A stretch of 64,000 bases of DNA from positions 13,603-77,602 of the IMG/VR virus record IMGVR_UViG_3300020431_000008; one strand, written 5' to 3'. The position numbers and the translations under genes were made by a program. This stretch comes from a virus. Lineage: Duplodnaviria > Caudoviricetes. Below are positions 1-10,056 of this stretch, piece after piece. Under the pieces are notes generated by a model, which saw only the letters and a list, made by a program, of their open reading frames with translations, ran no database searches and was not told the DNA's origin. The first letter of the stretch is position 1. Each line of letters opens with the position of its first letter.

Positions 1-1651
1 CCTCTAGACCTCCTTTGTGTGATATTACAAAAATGTTTGCATCCTTGATGACATACCTAATAATTTTTAGAAACTCATCAGTTCCTAATCCATCAAGGGA
101 AGAATCAAATACCTCATCCATGATGAGGAGATTTGTATTGACTGAATTCTTAATTCTTGCTATCTCTCTCCAAGTAAACAATAGAGATAAGTCTATTCTC
201 ATTTTCTCACCCTCAGAAAAAGAGGAATAAGAAAAGTCTTCATGTATAGGTGTTTCTATAGTTTCATTGAACTCTTCATCCAATTTAAAGTTTATATAGA
301 AATCCATCATCTGGAGATATTTATTAACTTGCTGATTAATTAAAGGAAGATACTTCTTAATGATTTGAGATTTTACTCCACCATCTTTAAGAAGATTGTA
401 AGTGAAGTCGTAGTAGGAAATACTTTCTTTTTTCTCAGCAAGCAACTCATATGTGTCATGAAGACCATTTCCAAACTCTTCTAGTTTCTCATGTTCAGTA
501 TTTCTATTTGCAATTTGATTGGCAATAGTTTGAATTTCAGATTCAAGTCCTCTGACTTGTCTTTGAAACCCAGAAATCTGAGCATTGTTTGTAGAAATGT
601 CATTAAGTACTTTACTGATGTCTCCTGTTATTAACTTAAAATGTGACTCTCTTTGCTCTTCATCTTTAATTGCCTCTTGAAGTTGCTTAAATCCTTCTTG
701 CAATTCCTGTGCTTTATTTTGAGAGTCATCAATTCTATTTAATCGAAATTGCTCCTCAATATCCTGCTCACATGTAGGGCAAACCCTATTTTCACTAAAG
801 AATTTATGTTCCTTAACAATAGAAGTAATCTTCTGAGATAGTTTACCTTTAATACTACCATACTCACGAAGTTTTTCAGTAGAATCAGAGAAATCTGTAA
901 GGTCATTCTGAAGTTGGACTAATTCAAGATTTAAATTTTCATTACTATTCATCTTCATACACTCTTGGTCCAGAAGTTTTTGAATATAATTTTCTTTCTC
1001 TTTGATATCAGTCTTACTCTTATTCTCAATTTTTTCAATAAAGTCTTTTTGCATATCAACTTTATCTTTAAGTGACTCTTTCTTAAGTTCAAGAGTTTTT
1101 ACTTCTTCTTTGATAAGACGTATTTTACTCTTCACAATATCATTCATAGAGGAAAAGATCTTAATATCTAAAAGATCTTCTACAACTTCCCTTCTACTAT
1201 TAGTAGGTAATTGCATAAAGGGAATGAAAGAACTACTACCCAAAATAACAATTTGAGTAAATGACTTATAGTTCATCTTCAAAACATTCTGTTCCAACCA
1301 CTTTTGTTGATCTACAGCAGAGGAACTCTGATCAAGAGGTTCACCATTCCTATAAATCTTAAAGATATTAGGTTTAATTCCTCTCTCCACCTTCCAGTCA
1401 ACACCATTGACACTAAACTCAATCTCTACCAGACAGTTCTTCTCATTAGCAGTATTGATAAGTTGAGCTTTATTAATACGCCTAAACGCCTTTCCATATA
1501 GCACAAAACATAGAGCATCCAGAATAGTTGATTTGCCAGCACCATTAGTGCCAATAATCAATGTAGTTGAATCCTTATTGAGTTCTACCTCTGTAAAATG
1601 ATTTCCTGTTGACAGTAAATTTTTCCATTTAATCTTCTCAAATATAATCAT
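1..1651 (-). CDS. gp46: Recombination endonuclease ATPase subunit (SbcC/Rad50-like); 3' end runs off the window
   Basis: Missing from the ORF track and translated by hand from ATG at 1651: MIIFEKIKWKNFLSTGN..., Walker A GTNGAGKST, zinc hook CPTC, signature FSEGE, Walker B LLIMDEVFDSSLD; follows gp47. Confidence 0.96.
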   Translation of the reverse strand, partial: MIIFEKIKWKNLLSTGNHFTEVELNKDSTTLIIGTNGAGKSTILDALCFVLYGKAFRRINKAQLINTANEKNCLVEIEFSVNGVDWKVERGIKPNIFKIYRNGEPLDQSSSAVDQQKWLEQNVLKMNYKSFTQIVILGSSSFIPFMQLPTNSRREVVEDLLDIKIFSSMNDIVKSKIRLIKEEVKTLELKKESLKDKVDMQKDFIEKIENKSKTDIKEKENYIQKLLDQECMKMNSNENLNLELVQLQNDLTDFSDSTEKLREYGSIKGKLSQKITSIVKEHKFFSENRVCPTCEQDIEEQFRLNRIDDSQNKAQELQEGFKQLQEAIKDEEQRESHFKLITGDISKVLNDISTNNAQISGFQRQVRGLESEIQTIANQIANRNTEHEKLEEFGNGLHDTYELLAEKKESISYYDFTYNLLKDGGVKSQIIKKYLPLINQQVNKYLQMMDFYINFKLDEEFNETIETPIHEDFSYSSFSEGEKMRIDLSLLFTWREIARIKNSVNTNLLIMDEVFDSSLDGLGTDEFLKIIRYVIKDANIFVISHKGGLE

Positions 1652-1910
1652 ATTCGCTTTCTGGTGGAATCACAATGTCATTTTTACTTATTATAGCATA
1701 CCTGTGATCATGTATCTCACAAGTTTTTACCATCAATTCATCATCAATTTCTACTACATGCATTTCAGGGTAACCCATATCTTCCAGTTGAATGGCATAT
1801 CTGATAGCATCATCATTCTCAATAAAGATGTAGAGAACTTGCTGTCCATCATCATCTACAACAGAATATGCACCATCTTTTTCCTTACCCTCAACTGTAA
1901 TAATAAACAT
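1638..1910 (-). CDS. Acidic hypothetical protein between gp47 and gp46
   Basis: 90-aa ORF overlapping both neighbours; position typical of T4-like cyanophages. Confidence 0.8.
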   Translation of the reverse strand: MFIITVEGKEKDGAYSVVDDDGQQVLYIFIENDDAIRYAIQLEDMGYPEMHVVEIDDELMVKTCEIHDHRYAIISKNDIVIPPESEYDYI

Positions 1911-2956
1911 TATACCAACTCACATGCCTCCTGATAAATTTCTCTTATTACAGTTTGAATCACAGATTTGTCCAAATTAATCTCTGCTTCTTCAATATAT
2001 CTATTCAAGATAGAAAGTGTATCTTCTGTTTGGAGATCTTCATTATCTGCATCATACCATCCACTAAAATCAAAGTTCTCAACAATCTTCAATTCAGCAA
2101 CACCTGCAGAATATAGTTTATCAATAAATTTTTCAAACTGTGTAGGATTAGTCTTATTTTTTACAATCACCTTCACTATTTTATTCTCATAAGGTCTTGT
2201 ATCAAATATTTGATGATCGTCATCATCATAGTAAATGTTTTTGAATAGTTGATATGGATTATCTACTGGAGTTTGTTCCAGAGTCTCTGTATCAAAGAAG
2301 TGGAATCCTCTCCTATCACCAACATCGTTCCAGAACATCTCATATGGGTTTCCGAGATAGAAGACTGTTCCATTATCTGATCTTGTATGGTAGTGACCAG
2401 AGAACACTTTAGTGAACTTCTCAAATAGTTTGCTCTCCAAACCATGATCCATGACGATTTGTTTATTAACTCTAAATCCTGAGAGCTCAAGGTGCCCCAT
2501 CGCACACTTGCTATTTGTATTTTGAATAAGTTTAAGAGTCTCTTTCTGATTTTCTTCATTAATCCAAGGTATGAATAGTGTTTTTAGTTTACCTAGTTTG
2601 ACTTCTGTTGCTGAAGAGTACACCTTTATATTGTCATACTCTTTCAGCAAAAGATCAATAGCATTGATATCGTTTGTATTCTTATAATATGCATCATGAT
2701 TGCCAACCATCAAGTGCATAGTAATACCTCTGTCTTTAAGAGGATCGAATACAACTCTTTTTGCCCACTTCAAAGCTTTAAATTCAATACCTTTTCTACT
2801 ATCAAAAGCATCACCCATGTGAACAACAGTAGTAATGCCTTCTTTATCTAGAGATGGAAAGAATACATCATTGTAAAACTGTTCAAAGTAATCATGAAAT
2901 AGTTTGGAACCTTTTCTGGCTCCATAGTGAGTATCTGTGATAATAGCAATCTTCAT
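1910..2956 (-). CDS. gp47: Recombination endonuclease nuclease subunit (SbcD/Mre11-like)
   Basis: Metallophosphoesterase motifs DTH, GDAFD, GNHD, GHYH; adjacent to gp46. Confidence 0.96.
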   Translation of the reverse strand: MKIAIITDTHYGARKGSKLFHDYFEQFYNDVFFPSLDKEGITTVVHMGDAFDSRKGIEFKALKWAKRVVFDPLKDRGITMHLMVGNHDAYYKNTNDINAIDLLLKEYDNIKVYSSATEVKLGKLKTLFIPWINEENQKETLKLIQNTNSKCAMGHLELSGFRVNKQIVMDHGLESKLFEKFTKVFSGHYHTRSDNGTVFYLGNPYEMFWNDVGDRRGFHFFDTETLEQTPVDNPYQLFKNIYYDDDDHQIFDTRPYENKIVKVIVKNKTNPTQFEKFIDKLYSAGVAELKIVENFDFSGWYDADNEDLQTEDTLSILNRYIEEAEINLDKSVIQTVIREIYQEACELV

Positions 2957-3462
2957 TATTGATATCTAAGTTTGCTATGGACAGCATCTTTGATACTGTT
3001 ATACTCTGAATAGTTTCCACTGTCAAGGTCATTAGCATCAAAGACTTCATCAAAATCTGTCCTTTCAAGGATTTTGTTCTTGATTTCTAGTTGCTTCTTC
3101 TCTTGTGAAATTCTTCTCAAGAATGCATAGTAGATAATCTGAGTAAAATAAGCAAATGGATTCTTAGATTTCTCTGGATTAAAGTTATGAATATATCTCA
3201 CACAATTCTCAATACCATCACAGATCATATCATCCTTGAACATGTAGTTCACAAAGTTAGGTTTATATGAAAGATGATTGGCGATCTTCAGAAAACACTC
3301 ACCAACATACCTAGGGATCCGTGGTTTAGGTTTATCATTCAACTTTGCTTTCTCTACATCTAAGGCATATGCTTCTAGAGCAGCAAGAAACTCTTTGTTA
3401 TTGACATAGTGTTCTGACTTCTTAGGTCTAGGCATGACTGTATACGCTTTAGAGAAACCCAT
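2956..3462 (-). CDS. gp55: Late transcription sigma factor
   Basis: HYVNNKEFL, YKPNFVNY, NFNPEKSKNPFAYFTQIIYYAFLRRI motifs characteristic of gp55. Confidence 0.96.
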   Translation of the reverse strand: MGFSKAYTVMPRPKKSEHYVNNKEFLAALEAYALDVEKAKLNDKPKPRIPRYVGECFLKIANHLSYKPNFVNYMFKDDMICDGIENCVRYIHNFNPEKSKNPFAYFTQIIYYAFLRRISQEKKQLEIKNKILERTDFDEVFDANDLDSGNYSEYNSIKDAVHSKLRYQ

Positions 3463-3483
3463 AATGATACTTTATCTGTTCAT

Positions 3484-3512
3484 ATTATAACAGATAATTG
3501 AATAGTTGACAA
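3484..3512 (-). promoter_or_regulatory. sigma70-like promoter for gp55 (TTGTCA-N17-TATAAT)
   Basis: Plus-strand attata 3484-3489 and tgacaa 3507-3512; -10 lies 22 nt upstream of the gp55 ATG. Confidence 0.75.
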
Positions 3513-3534
3513 CCTAGTGAATCTGATATAGACT
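3506..3534 (+). promoter_or_regulatory. Overlapping opposite-strand sigma70-like promoter (TTGACA-N17-TAGACT)
   Basis: TTGACA 3506-3511, TAGACT 3529-3534; points antisense into ORF 3562-3948. Confidence 0.5.
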
Positions 3535-3561
3535 AGGTTTGTCCTGGATGAAAGATAAGTT

Positions 3562-3948
3562 CTAGCTTGATTCGTAAAGCTTCTCTAAAACTTCCTTTGC
3601 ATCATTAACAGAAGATAGATAACCCATCTTTCTATCTAATTTAGAATGATTATTCTTATTTGATTTACGAACATATTCTTGATAATAAAGAATCATCTCA
3701 ATATCTTCTGATTCAGACATAGTAAGAACATCTTCAAGATTTATAACAAACATATCTTCCTTAGTTGTTTTTAACCAGGGTTCAAACTTGTAACCAGTTA
3801 CTTTACCTCTCATCATAATCTCTTCAATCACAATTGGATTAGAGACTAAAAGCATTGTTCTATCATCTTCTTCTGAAGCTGCTACCTTTGCAAATACTTC
3901 ATCACCACATTTAAACTTGATAGTGCAATAGAAATCATCTTCGATCAT
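3562..3948 (-). CDS. Hypothetical protein downstream of uvsW
   Basis: 128-aa ORF preceded by AGGAGG; position conserved in T4-like cyanophages. Confidence 0.85.
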   Translation of the reverse strand: MIEDDFYCTIKFKCGDEVFAKVAASEEDDRTMLLVSNPIVIEEIMMRGKVTGYKFEPWLKTTKEDMFVINLEDVLTMSESEDIEMILYYQEYVRKSNKNNHSKLDRKMGYLSSVNDAKEVLEKLYESS

Positions 3949-3963
3949 GCACTTCCTCCTTTT

Positions 3964-5427
3964 CTATTCTTTTATGTTAATTGATATAATGTCATAGTTG
4001 AATTGCTCCTGGACATATATTTTCACTCTTTCTATAAAGTGATTTAATGTGTAGTTTTTCCTTGATCCTAGAGTTAGATCATCAGCAATATCATATAGTT
4101 TTGCTTTCACTTTGTTTTTGCCTTTTCTTAGGACTCTACCAATAGACTGTAGATTACGAATTCTAGACTTTGATGGAGAGGCAAATATTACATTGTGAAG
4201 ATTCTTGATATTGATTCCTGTACTGAATGTTCCATATGATGCAACAATAATTGCATCATTTTCTTGTTCTGTAATTTCTCTTACTTTTTCTCTATCTTCA
4301 GCACATACACCACCATGAATAAAGAAGACCTTTCTACCTTCCTTAACTTTTTTATTTAGCATTTCAAAAAGAATAGCACCATGTGATTCAACTCTACTGA
4401 ATAGAATTAGACTATTGCCACTCAAATCATCAGCAAGATTTACTATGAATTTGCTTCTATTTTCATTGCCAATTATGAATTGAATTTCATCTTCATAAGT
4501 ATCAAACTTCTTTGGTTTATACTTTAAAACTAAACACTGAATATCTAGTGTAGCAAGATGTCCTTCATCAATAAGTTTCTTAGTATGAGTGACTTTATAC
4601 GAAGGACCAAAGAGACCCTCTAACACCCACTTATGGGTCTGTGTGCCATCTAAAGTTCCTGTGAACCCATATCTATACTTGGCATGGTGTAACTTATCCA
4701 TGATTCCAATGAGAGACTTACTTTTAAAAAGATGAGCTTCATCTCCAATTATGACATCGTAATCTTCAAAAAATGATCTATCCAATTGATATACAGATTG
4801 CCAAGTTGTAATAGTAACTTCACTAGTATTAATTCTCTCTCTACCAGCATAGATCCTATGACAGTGATTCTCAGCATCCCACCCATAGTCCTGGAAGTCC
4901 TTGAACATCTGCTCTACAAGAGATGTAGTGGGTACTACTAAGAGTATCTTTTTACTAGAATTTACAAAATATCTCACAATAGTGTAAATCATAAATGACT
5001 TACCAGATGCTGTAGGAGATATAAGAAGTTTCCTATTATATCTTAGAGCATCATTTACAGCTTCAATTTGATAATCTCTTGGTTTGAGGTGAGTAATAGA
5101 ACTCATAAAGTCCTTTACTCCCTCTTCTGAGATCATATCATTGACTTCAAATGGGAGACCATAAAACTTATTTGGTTCAAATTTATATGAATAACCTGCG
5201 TTCTCGCAAAATGCTACAACCTTATCTAGAAGACCAACATAGATCCTCTTAGTCTTCATATTGAATAAGTGAACATATCCATCCCAGTATTTGCTTCTAT
5301 ACTGAGGCATGAATTTCTTATTAGGAACCTCAAATGTGAATCTATCTCTCAGTTCATGCTCTACATGAGGTTCAGTTGTAATCTTCAGGTAAACTTCATT
5401 TACCTTCTCTATCACCAGATCAGACAT
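3964..5427 (-). CDS. uvsW: SF2 RNA-DNA/DNA-DNA helicase UvsW
   Basis: Walker A SPTASGKS, DEAH box, GRVLR motif VI; next to uvsY. Confidence 0.96.
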   Translation of the reverse strand: MSDLVIEKVNEVYLKITTEPHVEHELRDRFTFEVPNKKFMPQYRSKYWDGYVHLFNMKTKRIYVGLLDKVVAFCENAGYSYKFEPNKFYGLPFEVNDMISEEGVKDFMSSITHLKPRDYQIEAVNDALRYNRKLLISPTASGKSFMIYTIVRYFVNSSKKILLVVPTTSLVEQMFKDFQDYGWDAENHCHRIYAGRERINTSEVTITTWQSVYQLDRSFFEDYDVIIGDEAHLFKSKSLIGIMDKLHHAKYRYGFTGTLDGTQTHKWVLEGLFGPSYKVTHTKKLIDEGHLATLDIQCLVLKYKPKKFDTYEDEIQFIIGNENRSKFIVNLADDLSGNSLILFSRVESHGAILFEMLNKKVKEGRKVFFIHGGVCAEDREKVREITEQENDAIIVASYGTFSTGINIKNLHNVIFASPSKSRIRNLQSIGRVLRKGKNKVKAKLYDIADDLTLGSRKNYTLNHFIERVKIYVQEQFNYDIISINIKE

Positions 5428-5447
5428 AATATAATCCTACCTGGTAT

Positions 5448-5455
5448 TATTTATT
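5448..5455 (-). promoter_or_regulatory. T4-type late promoter (AATAAATA) upstream of uvsW
   Basis: Near-match to the gp55-dependent TATAAATA, about 20 nt upstream of ATG. Confidence 0.55.
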
Positions 5456-5636
5456 AGTAGTTCTCAAACTGATGTTCTAAAATAATTCTATAAAAATTAT
5501 CTCTCATAGCAATAAGTTCTACCTGCTCATGTGGTTCCCCACCAGGCCATTTTTGAACAGCAATAGTTAGACCCTTATGTATTATACGAATTCCTTCAAT
5601 AGGAGTTTCTATATTATAGTAACTGTCTTCATCCAT
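5454..5636 (-). CDS. Small hypothetical protein
   Basis: 60-aa ORF translationally coupled to the uvsY stop. Confidence 0.65.
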   Translation of the reverse strand: MDEDSYYNIETPIEGIRIIHKGLTIAVQKWPGGEPHEQVELIAMRDNFYRIILEHQFENY

Positions 5637-6079
5637 TATCCTAGTCCAGAACTGAATTTCATATATTCTATGGCGTTCTTTATTTGGTAAGTTCTATTGG
5701 TAATTTGCTTAAGTATCTCCTCAATAAACTTCAACATGACTTCGTAGTATTCTATTTTTAATGAAAGTCCTGAGAGTTTTGTATCTGCATCCAAATACTT
5801 TTGCATAGTGTCTTTATCTCTAATTTTTTTAGGAAAGGGACTCTCAATGTATACATCTGGATCTGCTTTTCCAGAATAATATTCATATCTTTCATGCCTA
5901 ATATTTTTTCTTTGTTGCTCTGCTTTCTTTCTTAGAAGCATTAAGTTATTATATATGTCATAATATTTTGAATGTAGTACAGGTATATTAAGAGACTCAG
6001 TATGAAGATTATCTGGATCAATTTTTGAGTCACCTGCCCACATGTTTTGGAGTGTATCCAAGTCAATCATTAACAGCAA
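5636..6079 (-). CDS. uvsY: Recombination mediator UvsY
   Basis: DSKIDPDNLHTESLNIPVLHSKYY, YYSGKADP, IKNAIEY motifs; between gp3 and uvsW. Confidence 0.92.
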   Translation of the reverse strand: MLLMIDLDTLQNMWAGDSKIDPDNLHTESLNIPVLHSKYYDIYNNLMLLRKKAEQQRKNIRHERYEYYSGKADPDVYIESPFPKKIRDKDTMQKYLDADTKLSGLSLKIEYYEVMLKFIEEILKQITNRTYQIKNAIEYMKFSSGLG

Positions 6080-6699
6080 CCAATATCACGAATATGGTAT
6101 ATAGTATACTTGAATCTAACCTCTGCTGTAAAGTATTGAACATCAGGAACTGTAGCGTCAAATTCAATTGTGCTTAATGAATAGGGAAATAAGTCTTCAA
6201 ATACAACTTTAAAATTAGGATTATTCATTGAATCCAAGACAGTAAGAGTTCCATCTGAATATATGTTCATTCCAGTTTGATATTCTGGATTAGAAACACC
6301 AACAGTTTCTTCTTGGAGTTTATAGATTTGCTTTAGATCTTCAGGAAAACCTATCCCCCTAATCCAATTCTGCATCTCCATATAATTTGACAGATCTTCA
6401 TCAACTAAAAATCTAAATGTCAAATCCTCAAAGTCGATGACATCACCTGGTTGAGGAATTTCCTTCAGGTAAGTAGGTTGAGATGTTGTTCTCAACTCTA
6501 ATGAAGGTATATTGACTGCATTGCCAAAGTAAGAAACATTAGGTGCTCTAGTCACCTGAAATTTAAACCCTTGTGGTTGTAAGAAATTTCTATTTTCTAT
6601 CTGACTACGAGATAGATTAGCATTAGTCCTAGTAGGAACTCTTTTTCTAATCTGTGCTGCAGTTGCTGTGGGTTTTAGATTGGGATTACCAGATGCCAT
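6070..6699 (-). CDS. gp3: Tail tube terminator / tail completion protein
   Basis: gp19-like fold motifs NFLQPQGFKF, FEDLTFRFLVDEDLSNY, FPYSLS; follows gp23. Confidence 0.88.
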   Translation of the reverse strand: MASGNPNLKPTATAAQIRKRVPTRTNANLSRSQIENRNFLQPQGFKFQVTRAPNVSYFGNAVNIPSLELRTTSQPTYLKEIPQPGDVIDFEDLTFRFLVDEDLSNYMEMQNWIRGIGFPEDLKQIYKLQEETVGVSNPEYQTGMNIYSDGTLTVLDSMNNPNFKVVFEDLFPYSLSTIEFDATVPDVQYFTAEVRFKYTIYHIRDIGCC

Positions 6700-6711
6700 A
6701 TCCTTTCTAAT

Positions 6712-6718
6712 TATTTAT
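6712..6718 (-). promoter_or_regulatory. Late promoter (ATAAATA) upstream of gp3
   Basis: tatttat on plus strand, 13 nt upstream of ATG. Confidence 0.65.
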
Positions 6719-6728
6719 GTGAAGACGT

Positions 6729-6756
6729 AAAAAAGGAGACCCTTTTGGAGTCTCCT
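6729..6756 (-). terminator. Rho-independent terminator after gp23
   Basis: Minus-strand RNA AGGAGACUCC-AAAA-GGGUCUCCU followed by a U-tract. Confidence 0.85.
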
Positions 6757-6781
6757 GTAAGATGTGCTTAAAGCACCTGAC

Positions 6782-8200
6782 TCACATCAGGTTCTTCACA
6801 GCAACTCTTCTGTAGTAACGGTTCTGGTTGACACCAAGTCTTCCCATTCCCTGATTGGTTCCTTCTGCGAAGGGGTTAGCAACAAGACCATATCTGGTCT
6901 TAAAGCCAATTTTGGGTTGGAAGCTGTTCTCACCAACGGCTCTCACCATTTGGAGAGGAACATAAGGACAATAGAACAGACCTGCATCATAAGGGGAAGA
7001 ACCCTTATAACCAACAACATAGTACTGGTTGCCACCAGATGTGTTGGTGGGGGTCAGGTTTGCAGAATATGGGTCAATGTAGACTCTGAACTTACCATTG
7101 ATTGTTCCAGCAAAGGTGTTGCCAGTGTCATCAACATTCAGGTTTGCATTCAATGCAGGGGTGTAATCAAGGATACCAGCCATGGTCAGTGCAGAAGCAA
7201 CGTCTGCAGAGCACATGACAATGTTGCCTTTCCCTCTACGTGTTCTTTGAGCGATTGCATTAGCATCTCTCTCAATCTGGAAAAGAAGTCCTTTGAACTT
7301 CTCAACAGACCATCTACCATTGGAGTCAATGTCAAGGTCAAATGTACCAGCAGTGGCAGTGTTTGTAACAGCACCCTGTTCAGCAACCTTGTAGATTGTT
7401 CTGATGACTTCTCTGTTGATCTCAGCAAGGATCTCAGTGGAGAGAATGTTAGCAAGTTCTGCTTCAGCATTAAGACCATGAATTGCCTTAAGGTCTTGTG
7501 CCAGTTCCAAGGAGTACTCTGCTTTCAGAGCTCTTGACTTAGCAGTAACAGTGACTTTCTCAATAGAGAATGCCATCTGGTTGAAGGCATTGCCTGCAGC
7601 ACCATCAAGTGCTTCAGCATCACCAGTCTGCATCCCCTGACCAACATTATATGCTGTGGAGGAAGCAGAACCAACTGGGTTCAGGACAGAAGGATTAGGT
7701 CCTCTCTGTGCAGTTGTACCCATACCAGCATTGGTATCGGATTGTCCACCAGTGAGGTCAAATCCAGCATCCTGACCAGAGAATGCAGAATTAACTTCAT
7801 TGTAGAATGTCTCATCACCACTCTGATTGGTGTAGCGAGAGCGCATTGCAAAGATCAGTCCAGTAGGACCAGACATTGGCTGAACACCAGCAAGGTCATA
7901 AGCGACCAAGTTGGGCATTGAGCGTCTGATCAAAGAGATCAGGACTGGATCAAAACCAGCAACAGGACCTGTTGAGGTTGCATCACCACTGAAACCAGCA
8001 GGGTTAGACCCAGCAGAGTTAGTGGGAGATTCCATCAGGTTTCCACCTGAATTGAATGCTGATTCCTCTCTGAGGAATTTTTCTTGGTTCTCTAGCAGGA
8101 CTGCGGTCACTGCTCTTCTGTGATTGTCCTTGATTGAATCAAGACCTTCATAGTCCAGAAGAGGTGCCCACTTTTCCTGCAATTGTTCAGATTGGAACAT
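6782..8200 (-). CDS. gp23: Major capsid protein
   Basis: QEKWAPLL, GVQPMSGPTGLIFAMR, SRALKAEYSLELAQDLKAIHG, YCPYVPL, GFKTRYG. Confidence 0.98.
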   Translation of the reverse strand: MFQSEQLQEKWAPLLDYEGLDSIKDNHRRAVTAVLLENQEKFLREESAFNSGGNLMESPTNSAGSNPAGFSGDATSTGPVAGFDPVLISLIRRSMPNLVAYDLAGVQPMSGPTGLIFAMRSRYTNQSGDETFYNEVNSAFSGQDAGFDLTGGQSDTNAGMGTTAQRGPNPSVLNPVGSASSTAYNVGQGMQTGDAEALDGAAGNAFNQMAFSIEKVTVTAKSRALKAEYSLELAQDLKAIHGLNAEAELANILSTEILAEINREVIRTIYKVAEQGAVTNTATAGTFDLDIDSNGRWSVEKFKGLLFQIERDANAIAQRTRRGKGNIVMCSADVASALTMAGILDYTPALNANLNVDDTGNTFAGTINGKFRVYIDPYSANLTPTNTSGGNQYYVVGYKGSSPYDAGLFYCPYVPLQMVRAVGENSFQPKIGFKTRYGLVANPFAEGTNQGMGRLGVNQNRYYRRVAVKNLM

Positions 8201-8247
8201 TTGCTTTACCTATTGTTAAAAGTTATTTGGTTTGAATTGTATAAAAT

Positions 8248-9327
8248 TCAATTTTGCTTGAAAGCACCCAGTGCTCTCATGTATGACTCCATCCCCTGTG
8301 AAACAGGAGCGGTTGTGCTGTCTACACCCTCAGAAAGGGTTTGAGTAGCAGGGGTAGATGCTTTAGCAGCTGGAGTTCTGGAGAAGTAAGACTCCTTCAG
8401 TGTTTCCAACTTTTCACGATACTCTTGCTCACATTCAAACTCAACACTTTCAGCAAGTGAGGCGAGCTTTTCTTTTTGAGTCTGTGCAAGACCCTCAGAA
8501 ACTTGATCAAGAACAGAATCAGCAGTAGACTCAGCGAGTCTCTTGTTTAATCCAATATTCTTGTCAATTTGCTCATTGAGCTTGGTCTCCATTTCATCAA
8601 GTTTTTCTACCATGCTTTCTAGTACATCATATTTTTCTTCAGGGATTGTTACATAATGTTCTTCAAAAAGACCTCTCATTCCTGTAAGGAATGATTCAGT
8701 CAGTTCAGTCTTAAGACCTGCTTCAACAGCAAGTTCATTCTCAGTCATCCACTCTTCGCAGACATACTCAAGATATGCATCAACTCTATCAGTCAATGTT
8801 TCCTTAAGACCTTCTTTTTCTTCTTTTAGTGCTTGCTCATATTGAGCTTCCAGGGTTTCCTGGATTTCTTTAATCTTAGAATTCAGAGCAGCTTCAAAGA
8901 TGACCTTTGCTTTTTCCCTGAACTCTTCGGAGAGTTCTTCACCACCCAACAATGCATTGACATCTTCTTCAATGTCAATACCATCATCAAGCACTTCCTC
9001 TTCAACAGTTTCCTCTTCAGAAACTTGGTCCTCTTCAAGAACTTCTTCCTCAGTGGAATCAATTTCTTCTTTGGCCATTTTCTTCATTGGGTCTGCTGCT
9101 TTGGCACCCTTATTTACTATGTCTTTGACAGTAGCAATTTTGGGTTCTCTTAGTTTTGCTGAATCATTATCTGGTTTGTAGTTCTCAGGAGTAGGACCTC
9201 CCAAATCTTCTACCGAACCTAGCTGAGTACCTGGATCAGCCATTTTAGGCATTGATTCAGCAGGCTTAGCGTTCGCGTTCACAGCAGTCTTAGATTGCTC
9301 CATTTCTTGTAAATCTCCACGAGACAT
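8248..9327 (-). CDS. gp22: Prohead core scaffolding protein
   Basis: Acidic coiled coil with FREKAKVIFEAA, YLEYVCEEWMTEN; between gp21 and gp23. Confidence 0.93.
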   Translation of the reverse strand: MSRGDLQEMEQSKTAVNANAKPAESMPKMADPGTQLGSVEDLGGPTPENYKPDNDSAKLREPKIATVKDIVNKGAKAADPMKKMAKEEIDSTEEEVLEEDQVSEEETVEEEVLDDGIDIEEDVNALLGGEELSEEFREKAKVIFEAALNSKIKEIQETLEAQYEQALKEEKEGLKETLTDRVDAYLEYVCEEWMTENELAVEAGLKTELTESFLTGMRGLFEEHYVTIPEEKYDVLESMVEKLDEMETKLNEQIDKNIGLNKRLAESTADSVLDQVSEGLAQTQKEKLASLAESVEFECEQEYREKLETLKESYFSRTPAAKASTPATQTLSEGVDSTTAPVSQGMESYMRALGAFKQN

Positions 9328-9365
9328 TTGAACTTACTCCGATTAACCTATGTATAATCTATATT

Positions 9366-9373
9366 TATTTATA
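9366..9373 (-). promoter_or_regulatory. Late promoter TATAAATA upstream of gp22-gp23
   Basis: Perfect T4 late consensus, with an overlapping second ATAAATA. Confidence 0.8.
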
Positions 9374-9394
9374 ATTATGATAACTCTGTTACAA

Positions 9395-10045
9395 TCAGAG
9401 ATTGTTTAAGAAGTTATTGAACAGATCAAGCTTCTGCTCATCAAGTTGCTTTTTACTTACCAAAGTATTAATAGTTTTATATGTTTTGGCAGCTTGTTGT
9501 TCTCTAAGGATTCCTCCATCCCAGATCCAGTTCTTGCCTTCCATGATTCCTTCAACAAAAGCATCAGGTGCAGAAGGGTCTGCAACAATATCAGCAGCAG
9601 TAGAAAGCATAAAATCGTCACTAACGATATTTACTCCTTCTCTTGTCTGTTTAAGAGAACCAATTCCTCTAGAAGAAACTCCTAATTTGACTCCTTCACT
9701 AATGAGGGATTCAGCAATCTTGCCCATTGGAGTACCAAGGATCTTTGCTTTACCAATAAAATTGTTGCCATTTTCCTTGAGTGAAACAATTTTATGACTA
9801 ACACGATCAAGATTAACTGTTGGTCCATCTGGATGTCCAAGTTCTCCAAGAGCTCTCCCAGAATTTACATGGTTTTCAGTGTACCTTTGGACTTCCTTTC
9901 TCAGGGTTTCCATGGGATACATACGACCATTTCTATTCTTGAGATCTCCCTGTAGGAATATTCCCTCAATAAACAGATTTTTTTTACCGTTTCTTTCTTC
10001 AACGATAAAATCAACTTTTTCTATTTCTTCTCTAATTAATTGCAT
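9395..10045 (-). CDS. gp21: Prohead protease
   Basis: IEGIFLQ, NRNGRMYP, ALGELGHP, GVSSRGIGS, DIVADPSAPDAFV. Confidence 0.96.
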   Translation of the reverse strand: MQLIREEIEKVDFIVEERNGKKNLFIEGIFLQGDLKNRNGRMYPMETLRKEVQRYTENHVNSGRALGELGHPDGPTVNLDRVSHKIVSLKENGNNFIGKAKILGTPMGKIAESLISEGVKLGVSSRGIGSLKQTREGVNIVSDDFMLSTAADIVADPSAPDAFVEGIMEGKNWIWDGGILREQQAAKTYKTINTLVSKKQLDEQKLDLFNNFLNNL

Positions 10046-10056
10046 TGATTGTTACC

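Noticed and set aside
6764-7537. 257-aa plus-strand ORF antisense to gp23, and the other plus-strand ORFs in the track
   Set aside because: Shadow frames of strongly biased minus-strand genes; no promoter, RBS or recognisable motifs
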